DNA of 64,000 nucleotides from Azolla caroliniana. Lineage: Eukaryota; Plantae; Polypodiophyta. The notes under the pieces were generated by a model. That model made no database searches. It was given only the letters and a program-made list of their open reading frames with translations, and had not been told where the DNA came from. This document shows positions 25,861 to 37,300 of this stretch, one piece after another (the first letter of the stretch is position 1; the number at the start of each line of letters is the position of its first letter). The stretch is taken from NCBI GenBank assembly GCA_043228905.1, contig JBHGNT010000021.1, positions 2,046,001 through 2,110,000 on the forward strand, given 5' to 3'. A program made the position numbers and the translations under genes.

Positions 25861-26795
25861 GTTTTTTTATGGGTTATGTCTTCCCAATGGCCTCATGGCC
25901 TCCTTATTTCAAGAGAGACCCATTGTCAACTTAGGAAAGAGAGAACATTGCTACTAATTAGGACACTTGAAATTGGAACCATGCATATCTCTCTCTCAAT
26001 AGGAAACCATGCATCTCTCTAGCCAAGAGAGAGAGAGGATTGGGATGTTACATAAACTGTAAACCTCAACACCGTGAACTGATAGAGAGATCAAGAACGA
26101 AGCTTTTGAGAGCATGGTGCGGCCCAAACTTTGTCATCTCGAGTCCTGCCCCGAGACCGACACATTTTTTGGTCGTGCTTTCCACAAAGCACAATTCCTC
26201 CCCATGGTCTCGTAAACTCTTCGGATCCTACCCTAGTCTCAAGTCGTTATGTGTGGGTGTGAATGAATGACTTTTTTTGTTCTTCCTTTTGTTTTTTTAA
26301 GGTGGGGGGGGGGATGAGGGGCATGGATTGGAATTAAGTAAAACCGAGGGGTAAGGAACAAACACATCCGAGGAGTCTACAGAACGGTTACAGAGGTTTT
26401 TAATTTAATTACAAATCACACTCCTCTTGTTTGTTTCCTTCTTCTTTCTTCCTGTTCTTTTTGCGTAGGAAGCTCATCGATTTGTTCGTGAGGCGGGATT
26501 GGATCAATTTCTGCTATCGATTATTGTTGCACTGCCAATCCATGGTGGAATCAATCGATCGATGGGGATTCGATGCACCCGATTGTACGATTATGGCTCC
26601 GTGATTATTGATTTGTGGATGGATGAATCAATCAATCGACGGGAAGCCAGATCAGAGGAAGGATTAGCGAGAGATTGATTTCAATGGTTTCTTGCTCGCT
26701 GGATTTTGGATGGTCATGAGGGATTCAGAATTTCAGACAGAAGATTGAACCGCTGCAAAAAGCAAAATAGAGGAAGAGGAAAGGAAATCGATGCG

Positions 26796-29700
26796 ATGAG
26801 AGGGGGGTTCCCCTCGGAACGGGCATCTACGCCATGCCGACAGGGAAACAGGTTAATCACAGGTCCAACTAATTCCATGATTAGTCGCAGCAGCAGGATG
26901 AGGAGAGGATCGTCAAGCATCGACCCTAATAACAGTAATCGCATCCCTAATAACAGTGATAATGTTGTTGCAGGCGCTAATCACGGCCCTAATCACAGCC
27001 AAAGTAACGTCGTTAGCAGCCCTAAACATCCCACCACAGGCCACAGCAGAAAAGATTCCAAGGTCCTGGACTGCGGGGGCCGTGCAGATGACGGCGAGGA
27101 ACACCCCTTCGGTGTACTGTACGGACGACGAAGGTTCACTGCGCCTGCATCTTCTTCGTCTTCTCTGTTAATCCACCGCCCCTCCTCTCCTGTATCCGCC
27201 ATATCTCCCCGCAAGATGTCATCCAGTCGAAATCATACAGAGCAAAATACTACCACAATTGCAAATCATAATAACAGTCGCTCCACTTCTTCTACGACAT
27301 CGTCATCATCATCATCTTCTGATGCACTGATTATTGGAAGCAGATTGCATGGGATGTGCCTGAGATCGAGCTCGAGCTCGAGTTACAATGGTAAAGCGAA
27401 ATCAAGTGCTCGTGATGGTCATGGCGATGGGGGGAGCAGGAGCAGATCAGCAACATCAGCAGACGCAGCAGATCATGATGGAAACATGGTAAGGAAGGAC
27501 AGCAGTAAATGTGTGGCAAACAGCTGCAGTAGTAGTAGTAGTAGAGGAGAATCCAGAGGCACCACCACTCTGTCAGTAGGGGGACAGAGAATCCATGGCA
27601 CAGCTTCAGGAGACAGGCAGGGAGAGTGGAGGAGCAGCAGGGAGGAGGCGATCGTGAGGCTAACGAAGCGGATGATGGAGGAAGGAGGCAGCAGAAGCAG
27701 CAGCATGTGGTGCCTGGTGGGCCTGCAGAACGAGGGGAACACCTGCTACCTGAACGCCTGTATACAGTGCCTGTCTCACACCCTCCCCCTCGCCTCCGCC
27801 CTGCTCCATGGCTATGGCTATGGCGGAACCGGAACTGGAACTGGAACCGGAACCGGAACTGAAACTGGAACCGGAACCGGAACCTCTTCTTCTTCTTCTT
27901 CCTCTTTGTCTCTGAATGGCTTGACCACCGCCTATGCGGCTTCGAGGACCCGAGGAGGAGAAAGAGCCACACGGAAATACGAAGCACGCCGGCTCGCGAT
28001 CGAGTTCCAAGGGCTCGTCCGAGCCATGTGGTCGTCGTCATCCCGGACCGAAGCCTCGCCGAATCGCTCCTCCTCTTCTACCTCTACCTCCAAGTTCCTC
28101 CACCATCTCCAAGAATGGGACACCCAATTCTCCGGATATCGGCAACAAGATGCTCAGGTTTGTACCCACTGCTCCTCCTTGGAACTCCGGCGAAAAGGAC
28201 CTCGGCTCGTCGCGTGTCTCTCTCTCTCTCTCTCTCGCGCGCGCGCACTTAACATTATCTATCATCATCTTGCATTAGGTATAGTAGTACACCCATGGAA
28301 TGCGACATATGTTTTTTGTGTTATGGCCTTGGAGGGAAGCCATGGAACGAGACATATGTTTCTTTGTGTTGTGACCTTGGAGGGAAGTATAGTAGTGCAC
28401 CCATGGTATGAGACATATGTTCTTTGTGTTATGACATTAGTGGGATCAGGGAAGTATAGTATACACACCCATGGAATGGAATTAGGTGGCATGTTTTGTG
28501 CCATGACCTTGCAAGGGAAGGGAAGTATAGTATACACCCATGGAATGGAATTAGGTGACATGTTTTGTGTGATGACCTTGCAAGGGAAGTATAGTACACC
28601 CATGGAATGGAATTAGCTTCCCATGTTTTGTGTTATTACCTTGCACTAGAACACCATGGAATTAGACATGTCTATGTGAAAATGTGTTAGATTTGGAGGA
28701 GGATATATAGTTTGAAATATGACCCTTTGGGACCAATGTGACAAACACATTAAGTTTCCTTCGGATGCCCCCTTTGTGTCTCAGAATTGTTTTGACAAAT
28801 GTTGCGAATAGCGATTATGCAGAGCATGCATTTGGATTTACCAGACGAGGAATGATGATACATTTTCATGGTCGCAAAACATGGCCAGATTGTCGTAGCC
28901 GAAAACTTGTCATCTTGGTCCGAGGCAACACATTCATTGACGACAATGTGTGTTGGTGTGAATGCCCACACCAAACAACCTATCCTACATCCAAGGGAAT
29001 GCCGAAAATACCATTTCATATGACAAAAAAAGAAATGCCACCATTTAGACATTTTGATTATCTTATTGATTCTATTGAGTTTTTGCTCTCCATGCTTGCG
29101 AAAACCCACCCTATGAATTGACCATCCATCATGAGGCAATCTACTCATGAGTCATGACATGAATATTTGAAAAAAGGAAATTGAACCGTTTGATTTCATG
29201 GTTGTGATTATGAAAACAATATTTAAGAGTATCTCTTCAAGATAACTACGCTAAATTGTTCTTAATGTCCTCTTTTACATACTAGGAAGCGATGAGAGCA
29301 ATTTTGGATGGTCTTCATGAGTCATTGAATCAAGTAAGCGAACCTCGATATTTGGACATTTATAAGGAGTTTGAGTCGTCAAGTACAAAGGATGAGCTTG
29401 CACAAATTACATGGGACTATCACAAGTCATTAAATGATTCGGTGATACAAGACATCTTTTGTGGTGAGTATTGATTGATCTTAGACCCAAAATATTAAGT
29501 TTTTATCATCCTAAAATTTGGAGCTTTTAGCATGTGAAAAATAGACATGTCTCGAAACTTATTTGAATTGGATGTAAATGAGAAAAATATACATTTGATA
29601 CATTTGAATTGTGGTATACCTCATTTTTTCTGAAACCAGGCCAACTTCAAAGCACCATTGAATGCTCTGTTTGTAGGAGGAGCTCCCATTGTTTTGATCC

Positions 29701-31164
29701 ATTCCTAGATCTCTCATTGCCTCTCCCTAGAGAGAATGGGTTTAAGTTCAGGGCCTCAAATAAATGGCAACTTGATATCCAAGATTGCCTCGCTTTATTT
29801 GTTGCACCAGAGGTTCTAAATGGCAACGATAAATATAAGTGTGCCACATGTAAGGTAATTTTGATCAAACCTTTTCATGTTCATAACATTTTTCCAAATT
29901 GTCAAGGATTACAAGTTAACATTTTGAGGTCTTTACAACAAAAAACTAATATACACATTCAAAACATGTTCCATCCAAATGGTTTGCAATCATGAATCCA
30001 CATAATATTGTATGTTTTCTACCATATTATCATAAGTAAGCAGACATAGTATTGTATATTGTATGTAATTTTGATATAAAATTATATACACACATATATT
30101 TCTTCTATTAGGTTTCACAACGTTCCACAAAGAAACTAAGTATATATCGAGCTCCTCTCATACTCGTGCTTCATCTCAAGGTATTTACAAATGGTGTTAC
30201 CTCGTTATAAGTGTGACATGCTCTATCTTTGTTATTCCCTTTTTCATATGCTTATGAAAATGGGCATAGGCTAGATGGGGCTCGCTTTTGTCCTATACCA
30301 AGCATACTGTTATAATGGAGTAGTAACAAACTACACATGAAGTTGCTTTTTTCACAAGGATAGCTAATATTTCACGTATATAGATATAATCATCATACTT
30401 TAAAGTTTATCATTCTCCCCTTGGTTCCCATTTAACCTAAGTTGCTATTTCCCTTAAAGGGGAATGGGTGTGTGAACATGTGCATGTGTATATACTCCTA
30501 CGGTCCAATGTATGTTAGATATTTTATGTGTGAAATTATAAAACCAAAATGTTGTTTTTTGGAAATAAAAAATAAAAAATAAAAAATCAAAATGTTGTTT
30601 CTTTGTAAACTCTAGCCTCTCTAATAAAAGAATCTTTAGCATATATGAAAAAAGAGTTAAAAATTTGCCTTTTGTCTTTGTGCCATAATGTAAGAGTTCA
30701 CATATTAAAATTACGATGTCTTGTTTATACTAATAATTTCTTGCTTCTCCAAATCATATGGATAGCGCTTTAGTGGCTTTGGTTCCTTTTCTTATAAGAA
30801 AGATGATACACCGATTTCATACCCATTAAGGGGATTAGACCTAACAGAATTCATCGTGTAAGTAATCACAAATGTGAAATTAACTTCATATTGATTGTTG
30901 ACTAATAATTTGTACATGCTATTAATCCACAATTGGAACAAATGTAGGAATCCTGAAAGAGAACATAAGCATGGACTGGTATATGATCTATATGCAGTTT
31001 GCCACCACTCTGGATCTATTGGTCATGGTCATTACACATCCCAATGCAAAAATGTTGATGGGTTGTGGTATTCTTTCAATGATTCGTTTGTCACACCTAT
31101 TCTTGATGAGTCCCATGTTGTGAGTTCCTCTGCTTATATCTTGTTCTATCAACTTCGATTATAG
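26796..31164 (+). CDS. Ubiquitin-specific protease (peptidase C19), USP2/8/21-like catalytic domain, ~710 aa
   Basis: Exons 26796-28157, 29286-29463, 29640-29854, 30112-30180, 30766-30857, 30948-31164 (GT-AG, 2133 nt). Cys box GLQNEGNTCYLNACIQCL, QQDAQE, FLDLSLPLP, LVLHLKRF, His box YAVCHHSGSIGHGHY, WYSFND. The start ATG is inferred. Confidence 0.9.
28278..28670. repeat. ~55-60-bp minisatellite (about 7 units) in USP intron 1
   Basis: Repeated AGTATAGTA(T)ACACCCATGGAATG..ATGTTTTGTG..ACCTTG. Confidence 0.85.
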
Positions 31165-31469
31165 TACATATCATGTACAATTCGAACATATCCAAAACCA
31201 TATTGTACTAATCAACATTGGGCACATTCGCCCAAACTTGTAATACAATATCTTTTCCGTGTTGTTTATCTTCCCTCTCTTTCCCTCTATACATGTAAAA
31301 TGACGTTTGTAGATTTGGTAATATAACCTATAAATTAAAAGCATCATATTTATAATCTCGTAATTAAACATACATGATAATTGAAGTGCCATACTCGAAC
31401 CCCACAAAGAAGGATGAGCACATATGTCCATGCATTATTTTAACATAGAAAGATTTTACAACATAGTAA

Positions 31470-31564
31470 CCACACTTCTTAGGAAGGAGTCACATACAAG
31501 ATGATTTGCTTATTTGGTTCCATAGGTCAAAATTTGCCTCCTTGTGAGTGGACGATAAAAAATC

Positions 31565-31601
<37 letters not shown>
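31470..31601 (+). mobile_element. 3' tip of an RTE-like retroelement with a (CT)n tail
   Basis: TTTGGT.CCATAGGTCAAAATT..GATAAAAAA.CTATTCT matches 57826-57890. Confidence 0.55.
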
Positions 31602-31604
<3 letters not shown>

Positions 31605-31609
31605 GTAAG

Positions 31610-33130
31610 AGGGCCTATAGCCAATTGGCTTTTGAAACACAACAACATCAATCACCTTGTCGCATTCGAGTATCAATGGAATAAGGTTACATGAGAGGTA
31701 AAGGATTACATTGTTGATTCACAAACTTCAAGAAAGCTTTCAATATGGTACCTTATGACATCTTTGGAGGCATATGGAAGAACTCGAGATGCCTAGTGAA
31801 TTTATGCTTGCAGTTATATGTTCTGCACATATGGTGGATAAATTCCATGTTTTTTTTCAATAACACTATTAGTGTTAAGTAAGGGTGCTCACTCTAACCA
31901 ATTCTATTTGGTCGATGCATTGATGATTTCAAACAAATGGTTGCCAAGCTTGTAAAAGAAGAAGACATTAAGGAAGTTCTCAAGAATGTGGTCACCATGC
32001 TTTGTCATACATAGATGATGCGGTGCTTTTGCCAAATGCTTTAGGAGTTTAAGTTAGATGATGTGGTGGCATCCTCGAAGTTCTCATGCATACTAAATTG
32101 AAGGTCAACAACCATAAAACAAAGATGATGTTTGTGAAGAGCCTAAATAAGAATAAACCATATCTTATATACTTAAGAATATGGAATGTTTTAAATACCT
32201 TGGTCTTGAAGTTTCCTAAAATCATAGATGAAATGAATGTGCTACCCATCGTTGAGAGAGCATATTATGGATTTGAGAACACACAAAGATCATATGTTCA
32301 CTTCCAATTGAGATCATGGCCATAAATAGGGTTCTGAACATATGCTCAAGGTTCAAAAACTATCCCTCACATCAACTTCCTAAAATCCCATGGGGAGCAA
32401 GTAAAAAGTTCCAAAAGGTGGTTCTTGAATAAAAGCAAATTATGCATCCCAGTTTGTGTAAGATAAAGAAAAATGGGATGCAACACATGCTTCATGATGC
32501 ACCAACAGATTCATCTATGAATTGAGGCCCTTTTGCAACTCCATTGTTGTATTTATATGAAAAATGTGGAGGTCACACTATACACTACATCAAATATGTT
32601 GCACCTAACTACAAATTCATATTCTCCTTTGAACTAAGAAACCAAATACATTAATACATATTAGAACCCATCTTGTTGACTACCATCCAAACTGTTGCTT
32701 CCATATAACTTAGCTCACATTCACTATGATGTAAGACAAGGCATTGGGTCACACACAAATGATGAGAGCAGTTGATTGTCCATACTTCGCATTAAACAAG
32801 TTCGAGGGTCTAAATACCACATTTGAGAGAATGCTCTACCTTGATAATATTCATCAATGCTTTCCACACATATTTACCCAAAACCAATTGACAAATGTTT
32901 TACAATATGACATAACAAAGATATTTGTTCCTTGATTATCACTTGTCTATCTTGATATATGCCATATTTACATTCTTATCTTGAGCAACATGTGCGTGGG
33001 AAAATCTTCATCTAGATGCAACAATTTATTCTTCTTTCGTGTGTTGTGAGCAATGCAAGACTCAATATTTATAAAAGACCCTTTTTTGGCCCATCATATA
33101 ACAAGAAGCACTAGAACTTGCATATTCCAA
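31610..33130 (+). mobile_element. Degenerate LINE (RTE-like) reverse transcriptase and C-terminal region
   Basis: Broken frames read NFKKAFNMVP, WRHMEEL, VK*GCSL*PILF..CIDD, SYIDDAVL (YADD motif), FKYLGL-like and SSHSL*CKTRHW, with many stops and frameshifts. Confidence 0.75.
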
Positions 33131-34379
33131 CAATGCATCCTCAACAATAACCAAACCCAATCAAGCCATGCACTAAAATAAAAAATCCATCTTCTTCCCA
33201 TGAATTCCTTCTCTTTGAAAAATCTGTCGCATACTTCATTATGCTAAAATCAAAGATCCATGTCCTTTCACGTTTAGGTGAAGTCCTTCCTCTCACTCTT
33301 TCTTGTTTCTTCATATGCAATTGCATGAGTTACTAGTTGTCACACTTCTATCCATTTGCATAGGCTATTTAATTGCCATGAAAACTGTCTTGACGTAACA
33401 CAACTAATTCTATAAATTGAATTTAAGACAACGTTTACTCTTAACTCGAGCTCATAATTTGAAAAGGAAATTGGTCACGTTATTTTATGTAAAAAAGTGA
33501 ACAACCCTGAGGCAAATGGACTCTGATTTGCTTTAATATCATACCAGAATTTTAGAAACACATGAGCTTATTTAAAATGATACTATACATATCTTACTTT
33601 ACATATAAATATCACACAAGAAAGTCTAGACTTCTGTATAACCTTCCAGAGTTTTAGACAAGAGCATAGTATCACTGGACTAACCATAGCACATAGGGGG
33701 TGATCGTCATCTGCTTGTAACCTTCCTCTTATTCCACCTGCCTCTTGCTGCAAAACAAAACCATATATAATCCTTGCTGATACAATGATAAGTTTAGGAT
33801 TAGTCACCAATACATCACACTTGATAATAGCCGTCAGAGCGTGTTAGCTTGGCCTAATGTTGAGCTTGTCAAATTCTCCCTATTTTTCAAAGACATTGCT
33901 TGTCGTTCAAAGAGTTAACATATTTACCTTAGCCTTATTAGGTTAGTTCCCTGTTTATTATGTGAAAACCGTGACCCATTGCCCATGCAACCAGCAAAAC
34001 TTGGTGTCCCCTTTTGCTAGTGGAAATATTCACTATTGACGTCTTTCATAAACAAATATAAGATCAAAGTTCAAGTGCCAATGTTTGTATGTATAGCACA
34101 TTTAGTGTGAACAAGAGGTTAGGATATTTTATTTAGAAAAAATTCTCAAGAAATAGCTCTGTTTTTTTATGCCCCAGCATTTTTGTTATTTCCCCAAATG
34201 GTCTTGGTCAATCCCCAAACTGGAGAAAAAGGGGATGAATTGAGCGTGTAATTTCTTAAACAGCACATAGAGTTGAGAAGGGGATGGATTGATCATATAA
34301 TTGCCATAATATCTATTTATTATTTCTCAAGAATTAAAAATAATGCAACAAACTGCATAAATTAGTTTGAAAATACCTC

Positions 34380-37300
34380 TCACTTTTTGGGATGAAATGT
34401 TAAAGGTGATATGGAAAATGCCAATCTCCGTGCAGCAAAGGCAAGTGTAAACCTTTCATCGTCTGTCAGAGGCCTTTCAATCACCTTAATATTGTTGAGA
34501 GACTGTATCACAGAATTGATATTTCATGAGTATCTAAGTTCCCTATGATCAAGCTTTACATAAAGTAACAAAATCGGCTCACTATGCAAGGTAATGAAAT
34601 ATGAGAACCAATGGTGCTTGGGGTTTTTCTTGCTAGAACTCAAGAGACGCAAGGAGAAGTTGTTGAAGGGCAACAATACAGCCCCAAAAGCTCATCAACA
34701 AAGAACAATCACAACTTTCCTTAGCCCCATCACTCCTCATGCTACAAGTCAATCAAGGGCTACACAAATGGGCTCCCGACCAGGACATAACAAAGGGGTT
34801 ACAGTCGATTGGGCAATAGCAATTTGTCATGCATATAGGCCCTGCCTCATGGACCACGATCTCACCACCCTTGTCATTGACAAATAAGGGCCATTAGATC
34901 CCGCCATTGCATGCACTTGCTTCGGAGACATCTACATTCTGGATTGACCTATGTTAGAGATCTTTCAAAGAAAAAAATGATAATAATCTGACTTCAGAAT
35001 CTTACATGTACCGATACCAAGATTCTTTAGTCTTTTTCTCTTTCTTTCTTTTTTTGTTATTATTCAGTAGCATTAATTTATTTTGATTTCTCAAAGATAT
35101 GGCAAAGATGTAATCCCTTGTTTGGTCTTATAGGCCATTTTGGCCTCTTAAAAGATGTTTAATATATCTTTCTTTCTGTCTTACAAGTTCAAGGCATACC
35201 TGAATTTATATTCAACAGACACTAACAATCCATTAAAACCTTGGATTTTCTGGGTTAACAATCATGCTTTGTGCTATTAACAAAATTATTCCATGAGAAC
35301 AATCCTTACATCATGATTCTGACAAATGGGATCCCTGGAATTATATTCAATACAAGCTTGCAATCCAAAAAAAACTTGATCTTAAGGAGTTTCCTGAATG
35401 CCATTTTCCACTTCTCAATGATCTGGTGATTAACAATTGTTGGTAAGACACTCTAAAGAGCACTAGGTGGCAGTTAACAGGCCAAGTCAAACTTTACACA
35501 TTACCTTGATCCCTCGTTTATGTTCCGAACTCACATTGTAGGCTGCTTAAAATTCAATTCTAGAATCACCTCAATCTATATATAAGGAAAACTTTTATTG
35601 CAAAATGGTGGCATAATAGGCACAGTAGCATGACAATTCACAATAGCTAGAAGAAAATAAATCAAATGTAGGTATCTTTGTCATTGATTATATAGCTCAT
35701 AAAGTTAGCAATGAAAAATTGAAGGTGCCATGTCAGCATAGGACTTTCAGTTCAAGATCCCTTGTATCAGAAAACCCTAGACTTTCTCCACTGTTGCAAA
35801 CAATTCATGGATTCAAACAAAGCAGACAGACTGGCATAGGAAATGATATCTTGGTTGGTTAGAGCAGTATGCATGCATGAAGGTTCCATTTTATGGCATT
35901 GATAGGCATTTATTAAGCTAGTACTCATAAAGAAGTTGGAAAGATCAACTCCATTACATGTTCAACCATTCTCAAAACATGCACATTTTAAAAATTTCCG
36001 TCTAAAATATTATCAGATAGTTGAAATGACCAAATATCTTATTATCTTTCACAGGATGATGGGATTGAACATATTACCTTCATGTTTGAATGATGATAAT
36101 GAGCATCAATATTCGTGCTGGCAACACCTCCAACATGTATGACGTTATTAACATTTCCATATTGATCTCCTTCTGTTGGTAGACTGTGAGAATGACGCCA
36201 GTGTCCTCCTACAATGAATTTATAATAGTACCTACAAAAACGTTTTCAATCAAAATAGTCAAAATCAGCAAGTTATCGCACACAAAATTACGATGGTAGA
36301 TGTGTCAATGTTTTATACACTATTGTTATTATTCATCTATTCTCTCAAAAGATAAGACCACTTTACATCTACTTGTTGCTCATCTAGATGAATTAAAAGT
36401 TATCATTTTGTACTCTCAAAGGGCGTTAAATTATCTTGTTTTCTTTCTCTCGTGAAGATCTTCATTGTTGGTATGCTGAAAGGAAACAGTGGTTCAAGTC
36501 ACATGGCATAAACATAAATGCACCACTCCTGTTCCAATATAGCCTAGATATCACTTGGTAAGAAGATGGCCCACAATAAGACACTTTTTACACACAATGG
36601 AAGATGGATTCATCATCAGGCCATCTTATATGGACATGCATCTATCCTATGCACTGCGCAGTGTGATAGGCTAGCTCCGAACTTCATCACATCAGTTAGA
36701 GATTGAGGTCGGAAGATAGGCATGAATACCTCTAGAAGGAAGAATTTGCCAATTGTGTCATAAGAGAGAGGAATCTGAAGAACACAACATTCGTCACTAT
36801 AGTGTTTTTATACAATAAGAGGGAGATACCATTGCCTCTTTAAGCAAGGCTTTAGCCCACTTTGGAGATCTCTCCATTCTAGATTGACCTATGCTAGAGA
36901 TCTTTCAAAGAATATCTGACTTGAGAATCTTACATGTACTGATCACAAGATTTCTAGTCACTTTTTAACTTATTTAGTTATTTATTTAGTAGCATTTATT
37001 TTGATTTGTAGTTCTCAAAGATGAGACAACACTTCAGACGTTATCTCTTGTTTGGTCTTATAGACTATTTTGGCCTCAAAAAATATGTTAATCTTTATTT
37101 CTTTCTTTTTGTGATGCATGGAGTTGAGATGCCACCTTTGTCTCTATAGAAAACCCAAACTGAAGGTGATTTCCTCACTTCAGAGACTCCATCTTGGATC
37201 AGCTCATATTGGAGATACTTGAAAGACAGAAGGTTTAGTTCATCTAAGCTCAAGAGTGTTAAATGCTTAGCTAAAACAAACTAAATTCATCAATAATACA

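Noticed and set aside
28158-28616. C-terminal part of the 636-aa ORF 26706-28616
   Set aside because: Read-through into intron 1 and its minisatellite. A GT donor at 28158 joins in frame to the exon at 29286, restoring QQDAQE.
28278-28670. CRISPR-like spaced repeats
   Set aside because: The inter-repeat segments are themselves homologous and the context is a eukaryotic intron with no cas genes, so this is a minisatellite.
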